This document shows, in pieces, positions 12,023 through 25,242 of a DNA stretch of 64,000 nucleotides. Under the pieces are notes generated by a model. It saw nothing but the letters and a program-made list of their open reading frames with translations, ran no database searches and was not told the origin of the DNA. Numbering within the stretch: the first letter of the stretch is position 1; every line of letters begins with the position of its first letter. Source of the stretch: Felis catus (taxonomy: Eukaryota); NCBI RefSeq assembly GCF_018350175.1, contig NC_058368.1, forward strand, positions 185,320,001 through 185,384,000, read 5' to 3'. Position numbers and translations under genes: made by a program.

Positions 12023-13667
12023 CACCTTTTTTTTTTCCAAAATATAAAACCAGAACTTTTAAAAACTCTACTTGAGAAACAATGAAATCTCAGCATGCAA
12101 TTAATATACATATTTTTGACAGAAAAAATATAGCAAATTTCCCCAAGAAAGTATTTCTAGAGATCATGACATTTGGAAGACTTACCTTTCTTTTTTTTAG
12201 GTTTTGAATAAATGTTAAGTCCCTGCTGAAACTTCTGGGTGCCCAGATTCTTTCTTCCTTAAGTATTTTAAGATTTTACTTTAATTTTAATTCCGACATT
12301 TTTAGGTACATTCAATACTGTGGTAATGATGGTGAGCATAGGATTTCATGAATTATTTACTTGTATATAAAAACCAGATTAAAATCTTATATCTGGCTCA
12401 ATTTTGACAGGCCTAGTATACTAGTCTACTTCATACTATTCCTCTCCCCATAGTTAACTAAGTTGTGAAGAATAAGATAAACTGAATACCTGATTTGTCA
12501 CAAAATACCTAACTGAGGGTGTAATTGATATACTTGGAGTTAACTTTGCTTAATTTCAATTCAACTTGTACTTTGTAAGTTTTATCTATGAATTTCCAAG
12601 ATTTTGATAAAACTTAAGGATGTTTTTGATAATATATCTTATAATTTGAGAAAAAAGTACTAACCCTCTGTCCTCCCCTACAAAAAAAAATAACAAAAAA
12701 AGGGGTTGATACTTTTGGCTAAAAACTTATTTCTAAAGTTGCTTAAGAAGTGGAGAGAAAAATAGCCATGAATGTTGGATGCTCAATCCAGGGTTTAGGT
12801 AATTTTGAAATCTTACATTTCAGAATCAATACTTCCAAACCCACTTCTGTGATATAAACTGTAAACATCCTTTCTCAAACATGTAGACATTACTAATCAT
12901 TAATGACACTGTGTACCACCTCTAGAACTCCCACAATCCTTTTGAAGTCCTCTGGGAAGGTGCTTTACTATCAGACCTGACACGAGATAAAATCCATTTA
13001 CCTATTCCTAAGGCATAGGCATAGGGAGAAGTTTTTCAAGTGAGTGAAAGTATAAAAATAAAGATAATTGTTAGAAATGAAAAGTATATCAATGAAAGGC
13101 TTATAAAAAGATTTAAAGATAAATTATAGACTCGATACAATATAACTAATAATTTCCTTAGGTGTTGGTGAAAAGCTATGAAATACTTTGCCTACTTCTA
13201 TGTGAAATTTTAGGGGTAGAAGAGATTTCAGATTATTAGCTAGTCTAATTCTCATCATTCAAAAGAGGAAACAACCAGCACAGAGATGTTACAGGACTTG
13301 TACACGAAACCAATTAACAGCAAATTTGATGCCAGCACCCAGTATACAGAGTTGATTGCAGTATTTCCATTTTGCCCAATTTTGGGCAGCCTGGTTTACA
13401 TGTCCTTTTTACTCTTAGTCCTCCCTCCCTTTTGATCACACAACCTAGAAGAGTTTAGGAATCAAACAGACATCAAGATAGACCCACAGTGGGAGTGTTG
13501 CCCAAACTTGACAAGTTTACATACAATGGCATGAGTTTTGCCATATTTGTACTTCCTGACCATTAGACAAACCTAGACCAGGCTTATGGCCTAAACATAG
13601 TTCACAGATGCATTTTGTTTGTATTAACATGGTATTTTAGAAACATTTTTAAAAATGTAAAAAATGA

Positions 13668-13883
13668 GGGGCGCCTGGGTGGCTCAGTTGGTTGAGCACC
13701 AGACTTCGGCTCAGGTCATGATCTCATGGTTTGTGGATTCGAGCCCCACGTCAGGCTCTGTGCTCACAGCTCAGAGCCTGGAGCCTGCTTCAGATTCTGT
13801 GTCTCCCTCTCTCTCTGCACCTCCCCTGCTTGCTATCTCTCTCTCTCTCAAAAAAAGTAAACAAACATTACAAAAAATTTTTT
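13668..13883 (+). mobile_element. Can-SINE
   Basis: Canonical head; TSD aaaaatgtaaaaaatga at 13651-13667 and 13884-13900. Confidence 0.96.
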
Positions 13884-15139
13884 AAAAATGTAAAAAATGA
13901 AAGATTGAGCATCCCTGTGTTCACATTCTCAAAAGCAGCCAAGAGATGTGAATGAGGAATAGCTCACACTTTGGATGAGATGTGGGGTCTCCATGTTGCC
14001 AAAGTCCAAATCCTTCCCTCTTGTCTCTGACACAAATATTAGCACTGTTTGCCATTCATCATCGTATGTATACACTATGTATATATGTATCCTCACTGTG
14101 TCTCTATCAAAAAACAAATAACAAAAATGTAGACTGGGATGGCCATGTGATTTTTCTCCATCTAGGCTCACTTTACTTCTTGACTTTATCTTTTTTGACC
14201 CTCAAAACATTTGCATTTACAATGCTTGGACAAACTATATCTATCTGGCAGCAGTATATATTAGAAATTAGGTTTAAAAACACAAGACTCAAAATCCTTT
14301 TTAAATTACCAATGTTGAAGGAAATAGGAAGTAACAAAATTGGCTAGTCATTTCCTTTACTGTTACTGCTATCACATATGTAATTATTTTCTGTATACCA
14401 TTTGTCCCTAAGAAATGACTAAAGGTAACTCTCCCCTTGAATTATACAAATTATTAAAAATTACAGTAAATTATTATACATTTGGCAATCTTCATAACAC
14501 TGCTAAGTATCAAATGATTTAAACACACATGGCAAAGTAGTTTCTCAGAAGTGAATAAATTCTATAGCCCCAAAATAACAATTGCAACTAAGCTTGCGAA
14601 GAGCTGTAGTACAGTTTTCTCATCAGTGAGGGAGATCCTTGGCTAAACCATTTTGCCCTTCATCAAAGTGACTATACTGTGGACATCAGACATCTCTTTC
14701 CCTAACTGATTCCATTCACTAAGTACATTGTCATGTGAGTGCTAGACAACTTTGACAAGTGATGGATCGATATCCTGGCTAAGGTTTAATAAAACCATGA
14801 AGAACAACTCTGCTCTTCTCATCCCTGACTTTTATGTAACTTTGGTATTGATTTAAATAGCATCTAATTTATATCCAAGGAAATAATCTTATTGTTAATT
14901 TTAGTATTTAAGGTTTTTAAAATACATTTAAAGATGATTATACTTTTACTTCCAAATATGAAGAAAGCTAACTACAAAAATGGTCACCATCTCTCTTCAT
15001 GCCTTTTAAATAAATAGTAGTGTAGTTTATTTCCTTGTGTAATCATCCAGTCTTTACCCTGGCACATTTGAACTGCTGTGTAAGTTTTTCTCTGCTAAAG
15101 ATTTCTGATATGAACTTCATTAAAAAAAATAACAGTGCT

Positions 15140-15334
15140 GGGGCTCCTTGGTGTCTTGGTTGGGCATCCAGCTTCGGCTCAGGTCATGATCTCGTGGTTG
15201 GTAACTTTGAGCCCCATATGAGTCTCTGTACTGACAGCTCAGTGCCTGGAGCCTGCTTTGGATCCTGTGTCTCCCTCTCTCTCTGCCCATCCCCTGTTTA
15301 CACTCTGTCTCTCTCTCTCTGAAAAATAAACGTT
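15140..15334 (+). mobile_element. Can-SINE (older)
   Basis: SINEC body and tail; TSD-like ataacagtg on both sides. Confidence 0.9.
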
Positions 15335-15384
15335 AAAAACATAACAGTGGTAAAATTCCTTCAGGGGAGAGAATCCCAGAATTA

Positions 15385-15588
15385 TTATTATTATTTTAAG
15401 AAGTTTATTTATTTTTGAGAGCGAGTACAAGTGGGGAAAGGTTGGGCAGTGATGGGGTGGACAGAGGATCTGAAATAGGCTCTGTGCTGACAGCAGAAAA
15501 CCTGATACGGGGCTCAAACCCACAAATGGTGAGATCATGACCTAAGCCAAAGTCAGACACTTAACTGACTAAGCCACCCAGGCACCCC
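15385..15588 (-). mobile_element. Can-SINE (older)
   Basis: Antisense head ...gccacccaggcacccc; flanks gaattatt. Confidence 0.9.
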
Positions 15589-15654
15589 CTGGAATTATTT
15601 TTAAAGTTAGGCAGTGATAAAATATACAGTTGTTTAAATGATGTTTTGGAAGTA

Positions 15655-15717
15655 ATTTTGTTTTGTTTTTTAGAGAGAGAGTGAATGGGGGAGAGGGACA
15701 GAGGGAGAGGGAGAGAG

Positions 15718-15773
<56 letters not shown>

Positions 15774-15893
15774 AACCAGGCTCCACACTCAGTGCAGAAC
15801 CTGATGTATGGCTTGATCTCACAACTGTGAGATCATGGCCTGAGCTGAAATCAAGAGTCAGATGTTTAACTGACTGAGCCACTCAGGTGTCCC
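15655..15893 (-). mobile_element. Can-SINE (older subfamily) with long (GA)n
   Basis: tgagctgaaatcaagagtcagatgtttaactgactgagccac; (GA)n at about 15720-15768. Confidence 0.9.
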
Positions 15894-16664
15894 TTAAGTG
15901 TTTTAAGTAGAGAATTGCATTAAAGATCAACCTAATAAATAATAAATTAAATCTAATAAATTAAAAGATTAATACTGTCTTAATTTTAAGGTAATGGTTT
16001 CCCAAAGAAGCACACGTTTCCAAAAAACCTGATCATATACAATGACAAAAAGAAATCCCCAATAATTTCAAAAAAATCTACACAATGTTTGTGCATTTAT
16101 CTATGTATATGCACTGTATATGTCTGTATTCTATGACTATTCCATTATTATGCTCTATAAAATAAATATAGTTCTTTATGGCCAATAAAACTAAAACACA
16201 GTGACAAAAAATAAAGTTAGGCAGTGAAGTATGAGGATGCTACCAGTAGAAATATGAATATATCTTCCCCATCCCCCACATTTGGAGCAAAGATGAAAAG
16301 ACAGCACACCTTTTTCCATTTTTCTCTTGCTGCTACTTTTTTCTACTAAGTGGGAAAAAAAGGAACAATCATATATTTTTCAGTATCTCTCTGGATTCTA
16401 TTGTCAGCTGTTCTTGGCAGGTTACAGACCATTATTTCAAAGGCACCGTCCCCACAGTTCATCTGTTTCTCTTCCAGAGTGAAATGCGGTATAGAACTCT
16501 GTAAAGGCAGACTGTTGGGTCTGGGATTTTTATATCAGTTTTTGCCACTGCCGCACTTTCTATGTGCTCCTTTATTCTTTTCTCCTCTTTTATTTTTGTT
16601 CCCTACTCCATAGTCTTTTACTGTTCTGACTTAGCTATCTTCTCTGGTCCTTATAGAATTATCA

Positions 16665-16850
16665 CATAATTATGGGTTTGAAACTCAGTGCCTCTGTTTA
16701 TAGCTTTGTAACTCATGGTAAATTGTCTGTTTTCTGTGAGTTCCCGACTTGTCATTTGGAAATAGGATGAATAATAGTTCTCTTTTTTTTCTTTCTTTCA
16801 TGCTATTCATGTTAGCACAATGCCTGGCATACAATAATCATTCAATTTCA
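16665..16850 (+). mobile_element. MIR fragment
   Basis: gggtttgaaactcagtgcctctg...ttagcacaatgcctggcatacaataa. Confidence 0.65.
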
Positions 16851-17917
16851 CTATATTATGTAATTATAAAATAGTCTTTTATGGATTTCCTGGAGTGGAG
16901 AGGTTAGGGGATTGTTAAGTATTAAGGAAATACTTTGCCTTCTATAAGAGAATTGTCCCTGAAAGAAAAGTATATTCCCTTCAATTTCATTTCAGAAAAG
17001 AATTTTTGTCAGTTGATATATGGTTCTGTAACTTACTGTTCAGCCCAAATCCATCTTTAACCAGAAATCTGGTCAGTGTGGTGTTTTCAGAACTAGAAGG
17101 AAATAAAGTGGGATGATCAAAGATGTGAAATAAATGCCCTGGGACATTCAGCACTCTTCTTTGACTTCGTTTATTTGTGCCTCTCTTGTACCTTAGAGAT
17201 TTCTTCATTTCTGAAAGGACATGGACTTTACTAGAAACATTGGAAGATTAAAAGTGAGAATAGGTGAGAAATTAGATATTAAGAACTAAATTTTCATGGT
17301 TACCAAGTATGAACTCTGCTTAACCTTTTATTTATTTTGTTTGTAATAGTCTTAATCTTTTTGAGGCAATACTTAAAAAAAGTTAGTATATTTTATATAA
17401 ATATTGTATTTTTAGCTTGTTCTAAAAACCAGATCTGATTTACCTTCCAAGACTAAGTGTTGATTTCCAAAGTCTAACATAAAGGCTGGCACATAGGTGC
17501 TCAATAGACATTTGCTAAACACATTAAAGAATGATTATGACAAACAAGAGTATGGAGAGTTTCTGATTGACTAAATAATGCCAATGGGCCTTTAAGATGC
17601 CAACAGAGGATACAGGAGAGAAAGCGAGTGAGATGATCTTTTCCTTTCCTTTTTGAAAAAGGTTTGCAAAATGATTCATATGCAGTTACCCTTAAGAAAT
17701 GCCTATTGGACATCCTGGAAGATTCTTCCCCTTCCCTCCACCAGAATGTTATGTGGGAGCATTGTTTTGACTTTGATTTCCTTTGCTTTTCTCAAGTTGC
17801 ATTCTTGTGATTCCAAGTGACATCCACATAGTCTAATCCAATGATCTCTTCTCAACCTTAATGCCTTTTCAGTTTTTGTAACATCTGATACCTTTGGATT
17901 TTCTCCCCACTGGGATT

Positions 17918-18130
17918 TAGCTAACATTTATTGAGAATTTACTTTGTCTCAGGAACTTTTCTAGCCTTAAATAACTTATCTGCTCTTTGCGAAAACCTCA
18001 TGAAAGAAGTATTTATTATTCCCATTTTAAAGATGGGGAAATGTGTCCATGGTCACTCAACTAGCATGTGGGAGAGAGAGAATCTGATTCTAGGCACTCA
18101 ACTCAGAGCTCACATTCTTAGCACTGTTAC
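17918..18130 (-). mobile_element. MIR fragment
   Basis: tagctaacatttattgagaatttactttgt...attattcccattttaaagatggggaaa. Confidence 0.75.
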
Positions 18131-18654
18131 AATGGTAACAACATAATGCCCTAGGTCGTCTTTGACCACTTTTCTGTGTCTTTTTCTCAGCTTGGCTCCC
18201 TGGTTGTGCCTTTTTCCTTAAAAATTATGATAACAACTACAATGCAAAACAGTGATTGCCATCATTCCATTTTCTGTTTCCAAATTAGTGCTCTTTGATC
18301 ACATTCCGTGAATTTTGAAATGAAGTGTTATTCCTTTTTTCCCTAACAGTTGAGGTTTTTATTTACTATTTGCTTCAAAAGAAGTTTAGGAAAGTGTTTT
18401 AACTATCTGAGGTGTTTGAGGTAGTTTTTACGTTTGATTTTTAAATTAGATTGTAGTTATTGAATGTGATATATACTTTTTATATTTTAAAGAATTTATT
18501 GATTTTTTTTCTTGTGGCCGAAAATATGATAAAATTTAAATAATGTTTCATGGGTACCTGAAAAGAAAATGCATGTTTTTTTTCAGAGTACTGGGTTCAG
18601 GGTCAACTTTTATTAATTTTCTTTTCTTCAGCTCTCTTATGTCATTTTTGATTA

Positions 18655-18879
18655 ATTTAAAAAAAATTTTTTTTTCAACGTTTATTTATTTTTGGGACAG
18701 AGAGAGACAGAGCATGAACGGGGGAGGGGCAGAGAGAGAGGGAGACACACAATCGGAAACAGGCTCCAGGCTCTGAGCCACCAGCCCAGAGCCTGACGCG
18801 GGGCTCGAACTCACGGACCGCGAGATCGTGACCTGAGTTGAAGTCGGACGCTTAACCGACTGCGCCACCCAGGCGCCCC
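18655..18879 (-). mobile_element. Young Can-SINE (one unit of a tandem pair)
   Basis: CpG-rich, near-intact antisense SINEC. Confidence 0.96.
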
Positions 18880-18888
18880 TATTAATTT

Positions 18889-19099
18889 TTTTTAAACGTT
18901 TATTTATTTTTGAGACAGAGAGAGACAGAGCATGAATGAGGGAGGGGCAGAGAGAGACAGGGAGACACAGAATTGGAAGTAGGCTCCAGGCTCCGAGCCA
19001 CCAGCCCAGAGCCCGACGCGGGGCTTGAACTCACGGACCGCGAGATCGTGACCTGAGTTGAAGTCGGACACTTAACCGACTGAGCCACCCAGGCGCCCC
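18889..19099 (-). mobile_element. Can-SINE (other unit of the tandem pair)
   Basis: Antisense SINEC; outer TSD tgtcatttttgatta at 18640-18654 and 19100-19114. Confidence 0.96.
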
Positions 19100-20794
19100 T
19101 GTCATTTTTGATTATTGTTAATCACATAAAGAATGAGAGCTGTGTTAAAACTTCTTGCTACTTGTACCTATTCTTGCATACCCAGATGTTTTTACCCCAT
19201 ATATTTTGTTACTATGATTTCAGCTCATAGATAAACCATAGTTATGTCTTGTTAGTGTATGTTGTAACTTTCACCATTATAAAGATATGTTCTACTTCAT
19301 ACTTAATATTAACTTTATTATTTCACCTTAAAAATAATATGGTACCTCTTGCATATTTAGCCATGTGCATCATGTATTATTTAATCCCAACAAGGAAGCC
19401 TCAATTGTTGGATACATGGTACTGTAACAGTTGTTGTATAAATAAATGAATACAAATGAGTTTCCTGGGTTATGCACATGGCACCTCCAGTTTACTGTTT
19501 CACCTAAGGACAGGCACAAGGACAAAACTATAGACATGTTTCTCTGCAGTTAACTTTTTGAAAACCTCCCTATGATAACCCATAGTTTATCACAGAAGAT
19601 TATCTAAACTTTTCAAAAGTTAGTACTTTGGGTCAATATGTGTTCTGTATTCACAGATGACTTTTGTTTGAAGTTTAATTTATTTTATCTTCCTAAATTC
19701 AACAAGCTTAAGGTGTTAAAATATTCACAGTCTTGATTTATAATCAGTATTCAAAAAAGTCCCGTATAACAATGTTGTCCCAGGTGGGAAGTAAGGCCAA
19801 TATTTGTATTGAACTTTAGTCCTTTACATTCACAATATGTTTTACTATTTATTTTTTATTTCTTCAGTCGGTGCTCTCATGTGTAATATTATTTGCCTAA
19901 GCACTTATTTAGTAGCATTCAAACATTCAAATATATCTCAAACCTGGGAATACTCATTATTGCTCAGCTTGATCAAAGTATAATTTTGTCCCTAGATATT
20001 ATTACTGTCAAGTGATGAGGCATGTCTTTGAAAACTCCTTTTACTTCATTTTCAAAATAAAATTAGAAATCTTTTAGGATAGTCTTCCTTTCACATTTTG
20101 ATGTCATAATGTGTGCTTTTTTTTTCCTTACGTATTTTATTTGAAATTAAGTATCAACATTATTAGATATAAATAGTTTTGATTTAAAATATAATTAGAA
20201 ATACTACAATTTTCTGTTAAATTTGGGCATATGTTAAAACACAAATCTCTCCACAGTAACTTATAATAGAACAGGTGACCACCACCTGTAATTACTTTTA
20301 TATCTATAGTTACTTTTAGTTTAAAATTATTTGTATTTTAAGTACAATCCATTTAATCTAGGGATTAACATATCTAGTTTATCAATCAAGAAGATGAGAT
20401 TATCATATCAAACTGAGGTTATGAATACAACCTAGTAGTGAGAGATTTAGTGGCTATGAGACTTGAGTGGACCTTCAAGGTCCTTCTACCTTGCTCAAAC
20501 ACCCATCATAGATAGTCTTTGCTTCTTATTTTAGGGACTTTCTAAGTCACCCAAGGCTCAAAAACTGAATGAATTCCATTTCATTTCTGGTCATGTCCCC
20601 TGAAACTGGTACTTGTTTAAATTGTTTCATTTTAAATAGTTGGAGTATGGGAACATATTTTAATAGTTCTTTCAAATAATTATGGGTTTCTTTTACATTC
20701 AAAAAGTGATGGTTTCTTAAAGATTAGCTATAATAGGAAATTTGATGTCATACCAATGAAATTTTTTTACTCTTTTTCATTGATCTACCTTCTG

Positions 20795-21160
20795 CTTTTT
20801 TCCCAGTTGTATTGACATATAATTGACATAGAACATTGTATTAGTTTAAGATGTGTTCACATAATGATTTTATATATGTTTGTATTGTAAAATGATTCCC
20901 ACAATAAATTTAGCTAATACCGATCATTCTATAGTTACAACTTTTTTCTTGGTTGAGAACTTTTAAGATCTACTTTCTTAGCAACTTTCAAATAAAAAAT
21001 GCAGTATTGTTAACTATAGTCACCATGCTGTACTTTCCCCATCCCCTACCTCTAGCAAAACTATTCTGTTCTGTTTCTATGAATTCAGTTTGTTTTTTAG
21101 ATTCCACATATCAGTGAGATCTTATGGTATTTGCCATCCTCTCTCTGAATTATTTCACTT
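20795..21160 (-). mobile_element. L1 3' end (L1MA/L1_Carn-like)
   Basis: attgacatataattgacatagaacattgtattagtttaag...tttagattccacatatcagtgagatc. Confidence 0.8.
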
Positions 21161-21382
21161 CAAATTGTTTTTAAGTGTCATTACACTGTCTCACTTATGG
21201 AATTGTGGAACAGCTTGGGTCTGCTTTGATTTGATTAAACAGGTCAGTGTGACCAGAACAGCCCCATTTTGGGGAGTACATTTACTAATGGTTGAGAACC
21301 ATATTGTTGGGTATTACAGAGAAGTTTCCAAACTCTCCTCCCACCACCCTTCTTAATGGCACAGAATCTAAATTTTAGTTTT

Positions 21383-21607
21383 TTTTTTTTTTTAATTTTT
21401 TTTTCAATGTTTATTTATTTTTGGGACAGAGAGAGACAGAACATGAACGGGGGAGGGGCAGAGAGAGAGGGAGACACAGAATCGGAAACAGGCTCCAGGC
21501 TCCGAACCATCAGCCCAGAGCCCGACGCGGGGCTCTAACTCATGGACCGCGAGATCGTGACCTGGCTGAAGTCGGACGCTTAACCGACTGCGCCACCCAG
21601 GCGCCCC
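21383..21607 (-). mobile_element. Young Can-SINE
   Basis: CpG-rich; long T tract; TSD taaattttagtttt at 21369-21382 and 21608-21621. Confidence 0.97.
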
Positions 21608-22035
21608 TAAATTTTAGTTTTATGTTTGTGAAAGTGTATCTTTAAAATTCCTACAGACATAGTTAACACTTTTCTTTGTAAAGGTGCTCAGGGTAGACTC
21701 AAGGTTGTAATCTAGTGCTGACAGTCTTTTTTTTTTTTTTTTTTTTTTTGTAAGGACCCAATTCATTTGAGAAAAGAGGATAGTCATATTTAGGCCAAAT
21801 AATTGGTTCAAATGCAATTTTAATGAAAAGGAGCTATGGCCCAATTTCTTTTCTGACTCAGGGAATTTCACTCTGAGAGGAGTTTGAAGATTTACAAAAA
21901 CTTTCCTTCTGTCTCTCTGTCTCCCTACATATATATCAATATGTGTATGCATATCTATTTACATATGTCTATATAAATATATATGCATATCTCTACTTTT
22001 CTATATCTATCTATCTCTAGACTTATTTTAATAAT

Positions 22036-22256
22036 TAAAAAAAATTTTAAATTTATTTTTGAGAGAGAAAGAGAGACAGAGAGACAGAGCGTGAACAGGG
22101 GAGGGGCAGAGAGAGAGGGAGACACAGAATCCAAAGGAGGCTCCAGGCTCTAAGCTGTCAGCACAGAGCCCATCATGGGGCTTGAACCCACAAACCGTGA
22201 GATTGTGTCTTGAGCCAAAGTCGGATGCTTAACTGACTGAGCCATCCAGGGGCCCC
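22036..22256 (-). mobile_element. Can-SINE
   Basis: Antisense SINEC body, flanks acttattt. Confidence 0.93.
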
Positions 22257-25035
22257 TCTATATACTTATTTAACATCAAATATATATAATAGAGAAGTCA
22301 AAATTCTGATAACCTCATGGAATGACAGTTTAGTTAAGCAACCCAGGAAGTGGATTCTGAGTTTGAAGTATTGTAGAGTTAACAATGCATTTTGCCCCTG
22401 GTGATTTTTATTGTTGTATTTACTCTTTTCTTTACCTAAAAAAGGAGAATTTTAATAGAAATTATTTTTTATTATATTTATTTATTAATATAAATTATTT
22501 AATTTAAAGGCCTTCCTTTAGTCTCATTTTGACATATGGAGAACAGAATTGTTATTATAGCAAACGCTCAGTAAATGTGGCTGCTTTCATTATTCATATT
22601 TTCTTGATATTCTGGAAATGTACTTAGAACATTAAATATAAATTTAAATTTCTCTTCTTCCTTTCAGCTTTCTGCCTTTCTGAGCAAGTTTCATCTCAAA
22701 ATACTTTGGCTTCTGTCACTTTGAGTGACAATTGAACCAAAAATGTTTGCTCTTGGTAAAATGGAGGTAAATTGTCATATTTTCCACTTTCCACTTTTAA
22801 TTTCACCCCAAATTCATAGCCAAGATTGGAGTAATGTCTCTAGGGTAATGTTTTCAGTTTGTATTCAGCAAAGCTGAATATCAGTCATTCAGTTTGTTCT
22901 TGTTAGTCTTCCTCTTGGATTTGGAGTGATTCTGTTTGCCTACAGAATCATCAGATTTGGCATTGCTTGCTTGTTTACCATTGGTCATTAGAAATTATCT
23001 GCTAGTGTTCTCTTCCGTCCACAGTTAGGAAAGGAATGAAATGAAATTGGCCTGAAAGAATTGATGATCAGGAGTTCTTTTATTTCCAACATTTTTCCAA
23101 AAACTATTCAGGTCATACCCATAACAGGTAAGGATTTCAGGCCTGATTTTAGTGCCTTGAAGTGACACTAACATATTGAGAGCCCCATAGGACAGATACC
23201 CACTGTTTCAATTTTTCTCTCTAAATTGTAGAATGTTAGACTTAGACATGTAATGTCTATAAAGTGTTGGATCATAGAAAGATATTTCAAAAAGTATTTC
23301 AAACCACTGGTTCAGAAATGTGCTGAATTTTAGATAATCCCTTACAATTTATAATATATGATACAAAAATGGGTTCCAGTTTTTAATGATTTGTTATGGC
23401 TAAAATCTGAATGCTAGATAATATATTAAACTTACAGCCATGGATGCCTAGTTAATGTGCCTTTGTAATAGAACAAACAGAAATTGACAACAGTGTACTC
23501 AGTAAATTTTAGCCGGGAAAGACCGTGAAAGATTGACAGGAAGTGTGCCGCTCATCGTGTTTGTTGCAGTATAGGCCAGAACTGTCTGTTGAATGATATC
23601 CTCAGTTGGCATACGTGAGAACTGTCTTTGGATCTGCATTACACAAAACCTAGAAAGAACTGAAGTATAATTCTCAAAATAAGTATAAAAACCTTACCTT
23701 TTAAAGCTTTATAAGGGAATTCAGCTTTACAGGGTCCATTTCTGTTAGGGTTCTTGGCACTCAGAGTATTACACTGAGATCTTAGAATTGACATGACGCC
23801 TTACTTTCTGGGTATTTCTAGTTTAAACAACCCACCAGCTTGTTCCAGACATTGGGCATAGGAAAGGCCCTTTAACAATTTATTTGGGAAAGATGTTCAA
23901 ACCCAGTTTGTCCTTTCTCTGTGATGAAGTGCTTCTTTAAATTCAATTACCGAAACTTAAGTAGCCCTTAAATGACTGACAACACAATTATTAACCACAT
24001 TTTAAAAGCTAAGGGCATTGTAGATTTCAGATGGGAACATTTTTAATGCTTTGAATCAATGCTAGATGGTCACATCATCTCACATCATTTTCTTGGGGGG
24101 GAGGTAAGGTAACAATTTTATTTTGTGTAGCAGAAAATTTACTGTGGTTCACTTATAATGGATCAAGAAACATCTGCAGTATGGTGCATCTAGATTAGTA
24201 AACCTGTAATTTAGGACTGAAAATATCGATTGCATTTTTCTGCTCTTGCACTTTCTGCTTTCTGCTTTCCCTTCTCGATAGTTTCTTACTCATTATATTT
24301 AATTTAGGCAAGGTTACAGTCACTGAAGGGTGGAGTAAACTGCCATCTTCAGAGACAGCGATATGGGGTGAACTCATTTCCTCTCCACTGCAATTATTTA
24401 TGTTTAAACAATATTTTGTCTTCCAGAAAGATTTCAGATTCATGCAAAGATAATTAGGAGTTATATGCATTCTGTTTTCTCCTAAAAATTTATCATTAAG
24501 AAATTTAGACTAAACCATTTTTAATTGCTTTGGATAGAACTTTTAAATATAGTTTTTAAATATAGTCAAACCATGCAGAGACAATATTTTAAAGATCTTT
24601 TAGCTTGAACTAACAAAACATAAATGAGTGGCATTGCTGTGTATGATTAGGAGTGTGTCTGATTAAAAGAACATAGAGGGAGATATGGGAATAAACATAC
24701 TAAGAGAGAAGAATTAAATGGTTGAATAAAGTAATATATACAAAAATAAAACATGATTTGGCTGGGAACCAGGAGACTTAAAATTACAGCCTTGCCCTAG
24801 TGAATTTTCCTCTCTTGGTCTCAGTTTCCTCATGTCCAAAAGCCCAGATTAGGCAATTGTGTTGGTTATTTCTAGCTTCATTTCTGTGATAGCAAAAGGT
24901 AACCAAGTGATGGAAGGTTTGGATGTCTTGAGTTATTTTTGTTTTTAGAGGAATAATGCTGCTGAGCAAAAATATTTTTTAGAGAAAGAGTTGTAGACCA
25001 GTGACTATTGACCATTGCACTTTTATATATAATCT

Positions 25036-25242
25036 TTTTAATGTTTTTATTTTATTTTTTATTTTTGAGACAGAGCATGAGCAGGGGAGGGGCAGAGAGA
25101 GAGGGAGACACAGAATCTGAAACAGGCTCCAGGCTCTGAGCTATCAGCACAGAGCCTGATGTGGGGCTCAAACCCACGGACTGTGAGATCATGACCTGAG
25201 CCGAAATCAGACGCTCAACCAACTGAGCCACCCAGGTGCCCC
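25036..25242 (-). mobile_element. Can-SINE
   Basis: Antisense SINEC; flanks tttat..taatctt. Confidence 0.93.

Noticed and set aside
13570..14170. Possible MER102-like hAT relic (similar impression at 45770-45835 and 46700-46860)
   Set aside because: Similarity too faint to support a call without a Dfam search
21726..21749. Pure poly-T tract as an orphan retro-tail
   Set aside because: No flanking target-site duplication visible
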